From an uncultured Dehalococcoidia bacterium (lineage in GTDB: Bacteria; Chloroflexota; Dehalococcoidia; DSTF01; JALHUB01): 64,000 bases of DNA. Shown here one piece after another: positions 31,158 to 41,483 of this stretch (position 1 is its first letter; every line of letters starts with the position of its first letter). The position numbers and the translations under genes were made by a program. The notes beneath the pieces were generated by a model. The model saw nothing but the letters and a program-made list of their open reading frames with translations. It searched no databases and was not told the origin of the DNA. Location of the stretch: NCBI GenBank assembly GCA_964565775.1, contig CAZMGB010000006.1, positions 82,941 through 146,940 on the forward strand, read 5' to 3'.

Positions 31158-32585
31158 ATGATCAGGACACCCGAGCAGTATGTGCAGAGCCTGAGGGACG
31201 GAAGAGTGGTCTATCAGGATGGAGAGAGGGTCGAAGACATCCCGACGCGGTATAAGCAGTCGGTGGAGCGCGCCGCCTCGGAGTTCTGGATCAGCAACCA
31301 GCCCGAATATCGCTCCCTGTTCAACATGATCGAGGATGGGGAGGAAGTCTCGTTCTCCTTCAAAATACCCCAAACCGGCGAGGACCTACAGAGGCGAAGG
31401 GACATAATTCAGACGCTCAACCGCAATGGCATCGGTGGATCCCGGCTCACCGGCATCGATGGCCTGAACGGCGTGGCCTACGCTACCGAGAAGATCGATG
31501 CAGCCCTGGGCACCCACTACAGCGAGAACATGCGGGCTTATCGCGCCTGGTGCAAGAAGAACGACCCCAGTATCTGCGCCACCGTGAGCGACCCCAAGGG
31601 CAACCGCAGCCTGCACGCCCAGGACCCCAAGCAGGCCCACAAGGACTTCTACGTCCGCATCGTCGACCGCAACAACGAGGGGATATACATCACGGGCTGC
31701 AAGCTCCACATCAGCGGTTCGATCCTCTCGAACGAGCTGATGGTCCTCCCCTCTCGCAACCATGATGAGGGGGGTAAGGACTACAGTGTGGCCTGCGCCG
31801 TGCCGTGTAACGCCAAGGGTGTGACTTTCCTCGGCTCGGCAGGGGCGGCGGGTGGCGGACACCCGATGATCATCTTCGAGAACGTCTTCGTCCCGATGGA
31901 GAGAGTCTTCCTGGCGGGCGAGTGGCAATTCTCGCGACTGGTGGCCACCTCATTCGCTCGCTACCATCGTCTTACTGCCGCCACCTACAAGCACGTACAC
32001 CTCCAGGCGGTCGCCGGGCTGGCCATGCTGATGGCCGAATACAACGGGTTGACGCATGCCACGCGCATCCGGGACATGCTGGCCTGGCTTGCCATGTACG
32101 CCGATGTAACGGAGGCCCTGGGCAAAGCCGCTGCCCTGGCCCCCGTAGTCGATCCTGAGAGCGGCTTCGCGCTGCCCAATCCGGTCTATACCAACTGCGC
32201 CAAGTACTGGTTCGCCTCCCAGTGGCACGAGGCGATGAAGTACCTCCAGGACATTACAGGCGGGATCGCCGCCACCATGCCTTCGATGAAGGACTGGGAG
32301 AACCCCGAGACTCGCCCCTACATGGAGAAGTACTTGCAGGGTGACGCCAAGTACCCGACTGAGGAGAGGATACGAGCCATCAACATGGTCATCCGCGAGG
32401 GCTCCACGTTTGGCGGCGTCCTCAGCATTCACGCTGAGGGGTCCTTGGCCACCCAGAGGATGGTTCTCTACCAGATGGCCGATTGGGAGCGTTTCAAGGC
32501 CGCTGCCAGGCGTTCCTTGGGACTGCCCACAGACCATCCTGATTTCAAGGATCTGCCCACAGAGCCTCCGTTCAAGCTGCCGTAG
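31158..32585 (+). CDS. 4-hydroxyphenylacetate 3-hydroxylase (HpaB) / 4-hydroxybutyryl-CoA dehydratase family protein
   Basis: 475 aa. The N-terminus TPEQYVQSLRDGRVVYQDGERVEDI matches the HpaB/AbfD family start; the acyl-CoA dehydrogenase-like fold fits. Confidence 0.7.
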   Translation: MIRTPEQYVQSLRDGRVVYQDGERVEDIPTRYKQSVERAASEFWISNQPEYRSLFNMIEDGEEVSFSFKIPQTGEDLQRRRDIIQTLNRNGIGGSRLTGIDGLNGVAYATEKIDAALGTHYSENMRAYRAWCKKNDPSICATVSDPKGNRSLHAQDPKQAHKDFYVRIVDRNNEGIYITGCKLHISGSILSNELMVLPSRNHDEGGKDYSVACAVPCNAKGVTFLGSAGAAGGGHPMIIFENVFVPMERVFLAGEWQFSRLVATSFARYHRLTAATYKHVHLQAVAGLAMLMAEYNGLTHATRIRDMLAWLAMYADVTEALGKAAALAPVVDPESGFALPNPVYTNCAKYWFASQWHEAMKYLQDITGGIAATMPSMKDWENPETRPYMEKYLQGDAKYPTEERIRAINMVIREGSTFGGVLSIHAEGSLATQRMVLYQMADWERFKAAARRSLGLPTDHPDFKDLPTEPPFKLP

Positions 32586-32749
32586 CCGTCGACGACATGT
32601 CTCAGAGGGGCGCAGGGAGCCCGGTCTGGACCTCCGTGGGGAGATTGCGACTCTTGGCCGCGAGGCGGTGATAGGCGGGCATCTTCAGCCCTTTTTCGTG
32701 CGTGACGGACGGGGCGGCTTCCCGACGGCACGCGCTGGCGACCGGCAGG

Positions 32750-33514
32750 TCAGGCTGCCGGCCCTGTCCTCGGCTCGAAAGTGTAGTCGATGCCCTTCCT
32801 GACCGTGACACGCATCACGGCCCCCGCGCGCGAATCATCACGGATCAGCTCCAGCACGCCCTCCGCCACCAGCTCGGGGCTCACGAGCCCGCCAACCTCT
32901 CGCCTCATCTCGTTCAACACTTCTTCCCCGTGCACGCGTGTCAGCGGCGTATCGGTGAACGTGGGACAGATAGCGTTGACTCGGATTCCCTCGTTCGCAA
33001 GGAAAGCGAGCGACCGGCTGAAGTGGATGACGCCAGCCTTGCTGGCGGCGTACACAGAACCCGTTGGCATCGGTACCAGGCCGCCCATGGATGCGGTGTT
33101 GATGATCACGCCGCCGCCGCCCTGTCGGCGCAGATGCTGCACTGCGAGCTGGGTGCCGCGAATTACGGCTGTCAGATTGATCGCCAGCACCTTCTCCCAC
33201 TCGTCCGAGGCGGCAGCGAAGAAGTCCCCAATCCCCGAGACGCCAGCGTTGTTGTGGACGATATCGACGCGCCCGAAGTGACTCACGGCAAAGCCCAGCA
33301 TGCCCTGCACGTCCTCGCATCTCGTCACGTCGGTAAGGACGAAGCGTGCCTCGCCGCCGCTCGCTTCGATGTCGCGTGCGGCCGCCGCACCAGCGTCCGA
33401 CTGGAGGTCGGCAATGACCACCCGGGCACCGCTTGCTGCGAGCAGCCTTGCTGTTGCCAACCCTATCCCGGAGGCACCTCCAGTAATGATTGCGACTTTG
33501 CCCTTCGGATCCAT
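32750..33514 (-). CDS. SDR-family oxidoreductase
   Basis: TGGASGIG cofactor motif, NNAG, and the catalytic S...YAASK tetrad. Confidence 0.9.
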   Translation of the reverse strand: MDPKGKVAIITGGASGIGLATARLLAASGARVVIADLQSDAGAAAARDIEASGGEARFVLTDVTRCEDVQGMLGFAVSHFGRVDIVHNNAGVSGIGDFFAAASDEWEKVLAINLTAVIRGTQLAVQHLRRQGGGGVIINTASMGGLVPMPTGSVYAASKAGVIHFSRSLAFLANEGIRVNAICPTFTDTPLTRVHGEEVLNEMRREVGGLVSPELVAEGVLELIRDDSRAGAVMRVTVRKGIDYTFEPRTGPAA

Positions 33515-33847
33515 GCGACCTCCCCACTCAGCGAGAACTCCGACCGGTCGGCGCCGGTCACCCAGCTCAGAATCAGCTTACTCGGATAGAGACGGCGCTG
33601 ACAACAGCGTTCATGCTCGCGGCGCTAGCGGGGCGCTGAGACCACGAGTGACGCGCGCCTGACCATCATCATCCTGGCCTCTCTACCCCTTGGGGGAGCC
33701 GCAGTATGCCTACTGGTCGATATTCGGTCCCGCAAGCGGCTCCGAAACATCACGTGAGGAAGCGCTGAGGTCTCGCCGGCCGGGCCGGGCGGGCGAGTCC
33801 CGCCATGTCACGAGCACCACCACGCACAAGGACGACCGGCACGAACA

Positions 33848-36307
33848 ATGCCTAGCTGGAGATCAGCCCGAGGACGAGCCATCCTTGCAGGAGCGATGTT
33901 CATGCTGCTCCTGGCGGCCGTGGCAGCGGTGGCGATCTGGTGTGCGCACGACATGCAGCATCGATACAAATCACTGGAGCACAGATCCGCTGTCGCTGCC
34001 TCTCTTGAGGATGCCCGTGCCTTCATCTTCCAGGGCACTACCTTGCTTGTCGCCATGGTATTCGCAAAGGATCCGGCTCCCCTCGCCGATTCGTACCGCG
34101 AAGTCACGGCGGCGCAGGACGAAGAGCTAGGTGAGGCTCGATCTGGCCTGATCGCTTTGGGCGAAACCGGCGCACTCGCCGCGCTCGACGAGTTCACTGG
34201 GCAGTCAGCTCACACGCGGCAAGAGGTTGACGCGATTCTCGACTACGCCCTCAAGGCCGACCTCGCCACAAGGATCGCGGTGGGCCAGCGGTACTTCCCG
34301 GAATTGTGGCCCAATGCCGAGGCGCAGATGGCCAGGATGGACACGCTGGCCGCGGAACAGCAGAGCAAGCTGGCAGCCGAGCGGGCGGCAGCAAACCGCT
34401 CCTCGGACTCCACACTGGCGCTGTTGATCGGGCTCAGCACGCTAGCCTTCCTGGGCGGGAGTATGACGCTGATCGGTCTCATCATGTCGGTAGTGCGCCC
34501 TCTCGCTGCGCTTCAGGCAAGCGCCAGGGCCGTCGCGTCGGGCGACCTGGGGACCAGGGTCAAGGTGTCCGGCCCCGAGGAAACGGCTTCCCTCGCCCGG
34601 GACTTCAACGAGATGGTCAGCGAGCGCAGGCGGGCGGAGGAGGCGCTGCGGGAGCAGGCGCGGCGCGACCCGCTCACCGGCGTGCTCAACCACGCTGCGA
34701 TCGTCGAGCAGTTGCGCGACCTGATCTCCGGTGAAGGCGGAGGCTCCTCACACGCCGTAGCAATGGTCGACGTCGACGGTCTCAAGGCGACGAACGATAC
34801 GTACGGCCACCAGGCGGGCGACGCCGTGCTCGTTGCGGTGGCACACGCGCTCTCGAGGGACGGCGCCACGCTGGGCCGCTACGGAGGGGATGAGCTCGTG
34901 GCCGTCCTGCCGGAAGCCGACCGGCGCGCGGCCGAACGTTACCGCGACGCCGTGCTGAACACGCTCGCAGAAGCTGGCGTGACCGATCCGGAAACGGGGG
35001 TAAGCGTGCCTGTCAGCGCCAGCATCGGATTGGCCGTCTATCCGGACGAGGCAGCGGCAGTCGAAGACCTGATCAGGCTATCGGACAGTGAGATGTACGC
35101 CGCGAAACGGCAGCGGCCTGTCCGGCAGAGCGACCTGAGTAGCACGTCTTCCCTCAGTCGCGCGCTCGCCGCGGAGATGGCGGCTGAGCTCGCGCCGCTC
35201 CTCACGTCCCCAGGCAACCTCGACGACAAGCTGCGGCTGGTGGCGCGTCGTTTGTCGGTCGCCGCTGGCTACGACGGGGTTGACTTCCTCGTCGGCCAGC
35301 GTAGGTCCGGCGCACAACTGGCGCAGAACACGTTCGCCCGAGTGCCCAAGGAGTTCGTCGACGCGTGGAACCGTGAACGCCGCCAGCTCGCGGAGCACCC
35401 GCTGCGCCCGGCCCTGGAGCGCATCCGCCGGCCGATCATCCTCGACGACCCACGCCACGACCCACGCCTCACCGATCGCGAGCGGGAGCTGCTGCGCGCG
35501 GCTGGACTGCGGTCGGCTATGGTCGCGCCCATGATCTGGCAGAACAGAGTGATCGGCAGCCTCTCGGTCGCCAGCAAGCGGGAGGCAGCCTTCACACCCC
35601 GCGACGCCCAGTTCTTGATGGCCGTTGTCACGCAGGTCACCGCCATCGTGCGCATGGCGACGCTGGTCGAGGAGCTCAAGTCGGCCTCCACCCACCTCGG
35701 GGAGGCCCACACCGAGACGGTGATGCTGCTCGCCGCCGCCGCCGAAGCCCACGACCAGACCACCGGTCTCCACCTCCAGAATGTCCGCGCCATCACCGAA
35801 GCCCTGGCACGCCAGCTCGGCTACGGCGAGGAGGACGCGAGGGAGCTTGGCCTGGCGGCCGTCCTCCACGACATCGGCAAGATCCGCGTGCCAGACACCA
35901 TCCTCTCTACAGCCGGCCGTCTCACCGAGGAGGAGTGGGAGGTGCTGAAGCGCCACAGCACCTGGGGTGAGGAGTTCCTGAAGGGGAGACCGGGCTTCGA
36001 GCTCGCCGCCACCATCGCCCGCTCTCACCACGAGCACTGGGACGGCAGCGGCTACCCGGACGGCCTCACAGGCGAAGCCATCCCCGAGGCCGCCACCATC
36101 GTCGCCGTCGCCGACGCCTTCGATGCGATGATCAGTGACCGGCCCTACAGGGCGGCCCGCACGGTCGCTGCGGCCTTGCAGGAGATCGCGGCTTGTTCCG
36201 GGCGACACTTCAGTCCCAGAGTTGCGCAAGCCATGGCACGGCTCGACGAGCGAAAGATGCTGCCCATCGCCCTGGGCGAGCTCGCGGATGAGAAGGCTGC
36301 CGCCTAG
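33848..36307 (+). CDS. Multidomain c-di-GMP signalling protein: TM/HAMP - GGDEF (motif GGDEL) - GAF - HD-GYP
   Basis: HAMP-like region after the TM segment. The GGDEF domain carries RYGGDELV (F to L) and the I-site region. A GAF domain follows. The HD-GYP motifs HDIGKIRVP ... HHEHWDGSGYP are present. Confidence 0.8.
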   Translation: MPSWRSARGRAILAGAMFMLLLAAVAAVAIWCAHDMQHRYKSLEHRSAVAASLEDARAFIFQGTTLLVAMVFAKDPAPLADSYREVTAAQDEELGEARSGLIALGETGALAALDEFTGQSAHTRQEVDAILDYALKADLATRIAVGQRYFPELWPNAEAQMARMDTLAAEQQSKLAAERAAANRSSDSTLALLIGLSTLAFLGGSMTLIGLIMSVVRPLAALQASARAVASGDLGTRVKVSGPEETASLARDFNEMVSERRRAEEALREQARRDPLTGVLNHAAIVEQLRDLISGEGGGSSHAVAMVDVDGLKATNDTYGHQAGDAVLVAVAHALSRDGATLGRYGGDELVAVLPEADRRAAERYRDAVLNTLAEAGVTDPETGVSVPVSASIGLAVYPDEAAAVEDLIRLSDSEMYAAKRQRPVRQSDLSSTSSLSRALAAEMAAELAPLLTSPGNLDDKLRLVARRLSVAAGYDGVDFLVGQRRSGAQLAQNTFARVPKEFVDAWNRERRQLAEHPLRPALERIRRPIILDDPRHDPRLTDRERELLRAAGLRSAMVAPMIWQNRVIGSLSVASKREAAFTPRDAQFLMAVVTQVTAIVRMATLVEELKSASTHLGEAHTETVMLLAAAAEAHDQTTGLHLQNVRAITEALARQLGYGEEDARELGLAAVLHDIGKIRVPDTILSTAGRLTEEEWEVLKRHSTWGEEFLKGRPGFELAATIARSHHEHWDGSGYPDGLTGEAIPEAATIVAVADAFDAMISDRPYRAARTVAAALQEIAACSGRHFSPRVAQAMARLDERKMLPIALGELADEKAAA

Positions 36308-36478
36308 GCCGAGCGGCCAAGGGCCCGGCCCGACAGACGTCCTCCCCACCGTCCTGCTCGCCTCCGCCTCCGCGCAGCGCCTTTCCTTAGGGCGAGATCG
36401 CCGGACCGAAAGAGGGAGACCCGACTCTCTCAGTCGAAGGAGTTGTGTGCAGCCGAACGGCAGGGCTACAATGCCGGC

Positions 36479-37321
36479 ATGGAGGGGCGCATCGTCGCTA
36501 CAGGAGTGGGCTTCTGCGAGGGGCCCGTCTGGACTCGGGATGGGCGGCTCGTCTTCACTTCCATCGACCAGGGCTGTCTGTATGAGCTGACACCCGCGGG
36601 CCTCAGAGTCCAGGCGGAGACGGGCGGTGGCCCCAACGGCCTGACGGAGGGCCGTGGCGGCATCCTCTACGTCGCTCAGAACGGGGGCTTCTTCGCCATG
36701 GGGGAGAGCTCTCCAGATCGGGCCGAGCCGGGCATCCAGCGAGTAGAAGGGGATCATGTCAGCTACTTGGCGCGAGGCGTGGACGCCCCCAATGACCTCT
36801 GCTTCGGCCCCGATGGAAGGCTGTACTTCACAGACCCGCGCGGTCCCGCCGTCCTTGATAACGACAAGCCCGGGCGGGTCTACGCCCTCGCGGAGGGTCG
36901 GGAGCCCCAGCTCCTGACCGAGGGCCCCGCATTCGCCAACGGCATCGCCTTCGGCCCCGACCCCTCGCACTTATACATTGCCGAAACCTTCCGCCAGCGC
37001 GTGCTGCTCTACCAAGTCCGGGACGGCACCCTCGGTGAGCCCGTCGAATTCTGCCGCACGGATCCTGGCTTCCCCGACGGCATGTGCTTCGACGCGGAAG
37101 GCCGCCTGTACGTGGCTGCCACGCTGGCCAACCAGGTACAGGTGTTCGACGCCCGCGGCTCCCTGGTGGAGAGGCTGCCCTGTGGTGAGAACTCCATGCC
37201 CACGAACTGCTGTTTCGGCGGCCCCCAGCTCAAGACCCTGTTCGTCACGGACTCGCGCGGCGGCCGCGTCCTGGCCTTCGACCTGGCGACGGCAGGCCTC
37301 CCTCTCTACCCCTTCCGGTAG
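36479..37321 (+). CDS. SMP-30/gluconolactonase/LRE-family lactonase
   Basis: Six-bladed propeller motifs (EGPVW, PNGL, FTD, PDGMCFD). The ORF begins at TTG 36443; an ATG at 36479 (MEGRIVATGVGFCEGPVW) fits family N-termini better. Confidence 0.75.
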   Translation: MEGRIVATGVGFCEGPVWTRDGRLVFTSIDQGCLYELTPAGLRVQAETGGGPNGLTEGRGGILYVAQNGGFFAMGESSPDRAEPGIQRVEGDHVSYLARGVDAPNDLCFGPDGRLYFTDPRGPAVLDNDKPGRVYALAEGREPQLLTEGPAFANGIAFGPDPSHLYIAETFRQRVLLYQVRDGTLGEPVEFCRTDPGFPDGMCFDAEGRLYVAATLANQVQVFDARGSLVERLPCGENSMPTNCCFGGPQLKTLFVTDSRGGRVLAFDLATAGLPLYPFR

Positions 37322-37432
37322 CCCCCGCAGCATCCGCGACGCCACGGGTGCGATGGCGGCACCCCACGCCTGCTGAAGCCGAGTCGTGCACGATCTCCGA
37401 TTTCCGCACGAAGCTGAGAAGGAGGTGGCTGT

Positions 37433-38062
37433 ATGTCAACCGCCGTGGAGCCAACGGACAAGACGACCGCGGCAGCCTGTTCGCGCCAGACTTGCGAGGA
37501 TTGCGAGATTCACGGCCGGCTGCTCTGCATTCACACGCCACGAGACCTGATGGACTTCGGGGTCCTGGTCATCGGCTACATGATCCCCTTTCTGGCTGGC
37601 ATGATAGCCGGCAAGTTCTGGATTGGGCTGGCCGTCTGGATAGGTCTGGCAGTCTTGTTCTTCGGCTATGTCGAAGCGCTGGTCCTCTGCCGCCACTGTC
37701 CACACTACGCAGAGGAAGGCTTCTTGCTCAGGTGTCACGCCAATTGGGGTCTCCCCAAGATCCCGGGGTTCAGTCCGCGCCCCATGAACGCCATCGAGCA
37801 GGTGACTTGGCTTGTGTACGGCGCCGTCCTCTTTCTCTACTACGTCCCCTTCTTCGTCGTCAGCCAGCAGTGGTTGCTCTTGGCGTTGACATCGTGGGCG
37901 CTGATTGCCGCTTGCTGGACGGTGCAGCGGACCCAGTGCAACCGCTGCTACCACCTGTCATGCCCGGTGAACCGCGTTCCTGACGACGTACGGAAAGGGT
38001 TCTTCAAGAACTTCGCCGGATTCGCCGAGGCCTGGAAGCAACAGGGAAAAGCGCGCGGCTAG
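37433..38062 (+). CDS. Hypothetical polytopic membrane protein with conserved Cys pairs
   Basis: 209 aa with about 4 TM helices. Cys motifs CSRQTCEDCEIHGRLLC and CRHCPHY are present. Confidence 0.4.
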   Translation: MSTAVEPTDKTTAAACSRQTCEDCEIHGRLLCIHTPRDLMDFGVLVIGYMIPFLAGMIAGKFWIGLAVWIGLAVLFFGYVEALVLCRHCPHYAEEGFLLRCHANWGLPKIPGFSPRPMNAIEQVTWLVYGAVLFLYYVPFFVVSQQWLLLALTSWALIAACWTVQRTQCNRCYHLSCPVNRVPDDVRKGFFKNFAGFAEAWKQQGKARG

Positions 38063-38197
38063 CTACGTGCTCGCCGCTCCGCCTCGCGTCGCCAGGCCCA
38101 CCAGGCGTCAGGCTCCTTCCGTAGCAGCGACGGTGACATGCCAAGTCGTCCAGGCCTACGCCCCAGGAGCGAGCCGGCCGAGAATTCCTGAGACGCC

Positions 38198-39082
38198 ATG
38201 TTTCGCAACGACGACCTCATAGAAAGCCTCATCGGTCAGGAGCCGCTTCTGACTCGCCTCTTCGCGGCCGCGGCCGTGCTCGGACTGCTGGTCATCGGGG
38301 TCTGGGAATGGCTGGTCGCCGACGCTCTGCCCCAGGTTCTGGCAGTGGCGCTGACCGCCAGCCTGGCGGCCACGTACGCCGGCCTACTGGTCGTACTGGC
38401 TGTGTTGGCAGTCTGGCGCCTCGGCCGCTCGAAGGACAGCCTCCTTCTGGAGGCGCAAGAGGAGGCGCAGAGCGGCAGGAGGCTGGCGATCTACGACCGG
38501 GCGACGGGGCTGTTTCATAGCTGGTACTTCGAGCTCAGGCTCAATGAGGAAGTGGAACGTTGCCAGCGTTACGGCTCATCCATGGCAGTCCTGGCGATCA
38601 GTGTAGAGCCCCGCGACAAAGAGGAGTATCGCCGTAACTGGAAGGAGCTCAACTCCAGGCTGGGTAAACTGATCGCCGGTACCGTCCGCAGCGTCGACAT
38701 CTCGGCGAGCTTCGGCCACCTGGAGTATGCCGTCTGCCTTCCTCAGTGCGACGGCGACGGCGCCAGGGCGGCGGCGACGCGGCTGGTCAACGCCCTTGGC
38801 GAACACTCAGCCAACATCGGCTTCGGGCTCTACCCGGAGGATGGCACGGACGGAAAGACGCTGCTGGAGCACGCGAGACAGCGGCCCCATCGGGAGTGGG
38901 CCTCGATTGGAGACGCCGGTTCGCCCGGCGCCACAGGCGCGCGTGGGCACGAAAAACTCGACGACCTGTCGCCTGAAGCGCTCGCCGCCGCAGTGATTAG
39001 GCGGTTGAATCTTTCCTCGGCCGCTAGGGACGACAGCACTCATGACGATCCGGGGGCGCCGGGTGGCCCGGCGCGCCCATAG
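38198..39082 (+). CDS. Membrane-anchored protein with a degenerate GGDEF domain
   Basis: Two N-terminal TM helices. The GGDEF fold is present (LAIYDRATGLF...RYGSSMAVLAI) but the catalytic GG(D/E)EF is replaced, so the protein is probably non-catalytic. Confidence 0.5.
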   Translation: MFRNDDLIESLIGQEPLLTRLFAAAAVLGLLVIGVWEWLVADALPQVLAVALTASLAATYAGLLVVLAVLAVWRLGRSKDSLLLEAQEEAQSGRRLAIYDRATGLFHSWYFELRLNEEVERCQRYGSSMAVLAISVEPRDKEEYRRNWKELNSRLGKLIAGTVRSVDISASFGHLEYAVCLPQCDGDGARAAATRLVNALGEHSANIGFGLYPEDGTDGKTLLEHARQRPHREWASIGDAGSPGATGARGHEKLDDLSPEALAAAVIRRLNLSSAARDDSTHDDPGAPGGPARP

Positions 39083-39184
39083 GCACTTGCAGCGTTCTCG
39101 GCGCTCTGTCTCGAATCCGCACTCACGCGGACTCCGAATGAAGAGTTCCTGACGGACACCTACGGTCTTGCGGCCGGCCGGGTC

Positions 39185-40345
39185 CTAGGCCACGCCGAAG
39201 TGAGCGCGGTTCCACTTCCGCCCCTCGTCGAGCATGGCGAGGAAGTTCTGCCGGGGAATGTAGTTGGCAGGGGTGTTGCCTGTGCTGAGGCAGTAGCCGG
39301 TGCCTTTGGCGGCGCAGACCGCCAGGATTTCGCGGGTGCGCTGGCGTACGTGCTCCTCGCTCCCCCGCGCCAGATCGTCCATGTCCACGCCTCCGAGAAT
39401 GGTGACGCGGTCTCCCCAGCGACGATAGACCTCCTCCACCGGCATGATCTTGTCCTCGAAGGAGTGCTTGGCGTCGATGCCAAGGTCTATGAGTTCGTCC
39501 ATGATCGTCTCCAGATTGCCACAGGAGTGGAGGAGGAAGGGCTTACCGGCGGCATGAACGATCTCGACGAGACGCTTGTGGTGGGGAAAGATGTACTTGC
39601 GGAGCACAGCCGGCGAGACGAGCGTGCCCGTGGCAAAGCCCATGTCGTCGCCCAGGAAGACCATGCCTACGTTGTCGACGGTGACTGCGTGAGCGACAGC
39701 GGCCGCCGTGAGCTCGCCCACTTTCTGGGAGATCGCCTCAATGAGCTCAGGCTGATCGGCCAGCGCGAAGGAGAAGGACTGCAGCCCCATCAGCCACGAG
39801 GTGTTTTCGAAGATGCCGCCGAAGTTCACGCAGATCTTCATTCCCTCGGGCACGACCGCGTTGAGGTACTCTATCGCGCCGTATCTGATCTCCTCCGGCT
39901 TCTGCCAGGGGTAGGCCTCGAAGTCGGCCCAGCTCTGGATGGGCCCGGTGCTCTCGTCCTGCCAGAACCGACTGCCGCCGGGCCAGTTTCCGAGGGCCGC
40001 GGTATCCGCCGCCACGCCGAAGTTGGCGCGTGGGAAGTTGAGGCCGGTCCACGTGTACACGTAGTCGTAGCCGCTCTCATAGCAGAAGCGAAGGGTGAGA
40101 TCGATGGCTGCACGGCCCCTGAGTGTGCGTGACGGCGAGGTGCGGTCGCCCCCGTCGCCGGCAAGAGCGAGTTCGTCCCAGGTGAACTTCTCGCCTAGGA
40201 CCGCTTCGATCATGCCCGGATCGGCGAACAGCTCGACGAACGGGACGGGGCCGGGAGGGCCCTGCCGGAACAGGGTGCGGCGCAAATTGTTGAAGTTGGG
40301 CTGGCGTTTCACCCGGAACCGCGGGCCGTTCGGTGCAGCTTTCAT
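39185..40345 (-). CDS. URO-D-family methyltransferase (MtaA/MtbA/CmuA-like methylcobamide methyltransferase)
   Basis: 386 aa. The URO-D fold has the Zn/thiol-activating motifs HSCGN and GYCLSTGN. It is an inverted paralogue (about 65-70% aa identity by eye) of the gene at 43661..44791. Confidence 0.75.
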   Translation of the reverse strand: MKAAPNGPRFRVKRQPNFNNLRRTLFRQGPPGPVPFVELFADPGMIEAVLGEKFTWDELALAGDGGDRTSPSRTLRGRAAIDLTLRFCYESGYDYVYTWTGLNFPRANFGVAADTAALGNWPGGSRFWQDESTGPIQSWADFEAYPWQKPEEIRYGAIEYLNAVVPEGMKICVNFGGIFENTSWLMGLQSFSFALADQPELIEAISQKVGELTAAAVAHAVTVDNVGMVFLGDDMGFATGTLVSPAVLRKYIFPHHKRLVEIVHAAGKPFLLHSCGNLETIMDELIDLGIDAKHSFEDKIMPVEEVYRRWGDRVTILGGVDMDDLARGSEEHVRQRTREILAVCAAKGTGYCLSTGNTPANYIPRQNFLAMLDEGRKWNRAHFGVA

Positions 40346-40559
40346 CTCGATCTGACTCTCTCAGACAGTCGCGCGTGGACGCCAGCCGAACCGGCGCGCC
40401 AATTGTACGCTCGCCTGCAGGTGCGAAAAAGCAGTCTGGCGGCGAGGCCAACACCCGTGACGCTCTGCGTGCTCCTTCGTTTCTGCTTGCGCCGTCCGGT
40501 TGCCAGCGGCCGGAGCGCGCGCGAGTGGCCGACCGCAGGACGGAGCGGGGGGAGCGGCA

Positions 40560-41483
40560 TCAGTCGAAGTACGCCGCCTCTGGGCTGTCTTTGAACGCCG
40601 CGTACAGCTCGTCGTAGTTCGCAATCAGGTCACGCAGCGGTTCGGGGTTCTGCCTGCGCGTCGTTACGGCCAGCGGCCTCGGCTTGAGATCGAGGAACGA
40701 CTGAACCCGATTGAACACGGCTCTACGATCCTTGAGCAGGTCTTCGAAGTACAGGGTGAGCTGCGGATGCTCGTGGAAGAGGCCGTCATAGTAGTCGGAG
40801 TCCCGCTCTATCTCCTTGAAGAACTCCCGGCACTCCGTCTCTGAGAGTGTCAAAGGGACTCGGAGCGACTTCCAGGCCGGCTCCCTCGGCCTGAGAAACC
40901 TCCACAATCGGTTGGTCGCCATCAGCGGGTGTCGCGCTGCCCCCGGCACGTTCGACAGCCTGAACTTACTGGCGAGCGTCGCCTTTCGATCTTCAGACCA
41001 TCCTCCGGTCCTCTGTGCGATTCTCAGCGACACGAGCATCCTCAGCAAGTTGCGCCTCCTGAGATGCAGCACACGCAGCTCCGTGTCCTCGACCAGCCCC
41101 TCCAGGAGCCCCGGAAAAGACGAGAAGTGGACATGGGGCATCTTGAAGCCGACGGCACGGATCGCCTTGGGATGCTGGCAGAAGATGCGCTCCCGGAGGA
41201 ACTTCCTCAAGTCCTCGTTCCGTAGCACCCGGTCCTCTGCGCTTGAGTTGTCATATCCTTCGACATGGTAGCCTATGCCGTCCATGATCGGGTTGAAGAG
41301 TTCACGAAAGCAGATGATGTTGGGGCTGGAGTTGAGTGATGAGGCGAGCATGGTAGAGCCAGCCCTGGCATAGGTCAAGATGATGAAGCGGACGTACTCC
41401 GTTGAGCCGATGTTGGTGGCTTGTGGCTTCCCTGTCGAGTCCGTGGCAGCCATCCTCCTCCCGGCGTTCGTCACCGGGCCCAT
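40560..41483 (-). CDS. Sulfotransferase-family protein
   Basis: The PAPS 5'-phosphate-binding-loop-like motif ILTYARAGSTML and overall Stf0-type sulfotransferase features are present. GC is somewhat lower than the surroundings. Confidence 0.55.
   Translation of the reverse strand: MGPVTNAGRRMAATDSTGKPQATNIGSTEYVRFIILTYARAGSTMLASSLNSSPNIICFRELFNPIMDGIGYHVEGYDNSSAEDRVLRNEDLRKFLRERIFCQHPKAIRAVGFKMPHVHFSSFPGLLEGLVEDTELRVLHLRRRNLLRMLVSLRIAQRTGGWSEDRKATLASKFRLSNVPGAARHPLMATNRLWRFLRPREPAWKSLRVPLTLSETECREFFKEIERDSDYYDGLFHEHPQLTLYFEDLLKDRRAVFNRVQSFLDLKPRPLAVTTRRQNPEPLRDLIANYDELYAAFKDSPEAAYFD

Noticed and set aside
36443-36478. TTG start at 36443 for the SMP-30 lactonase
   Set aside because: The GAAGGAG sequence immediately abuts this TTG with no spacer. 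A downstream ATG at 36479 yields the family-typical N-terminus. The start remains uncertain.
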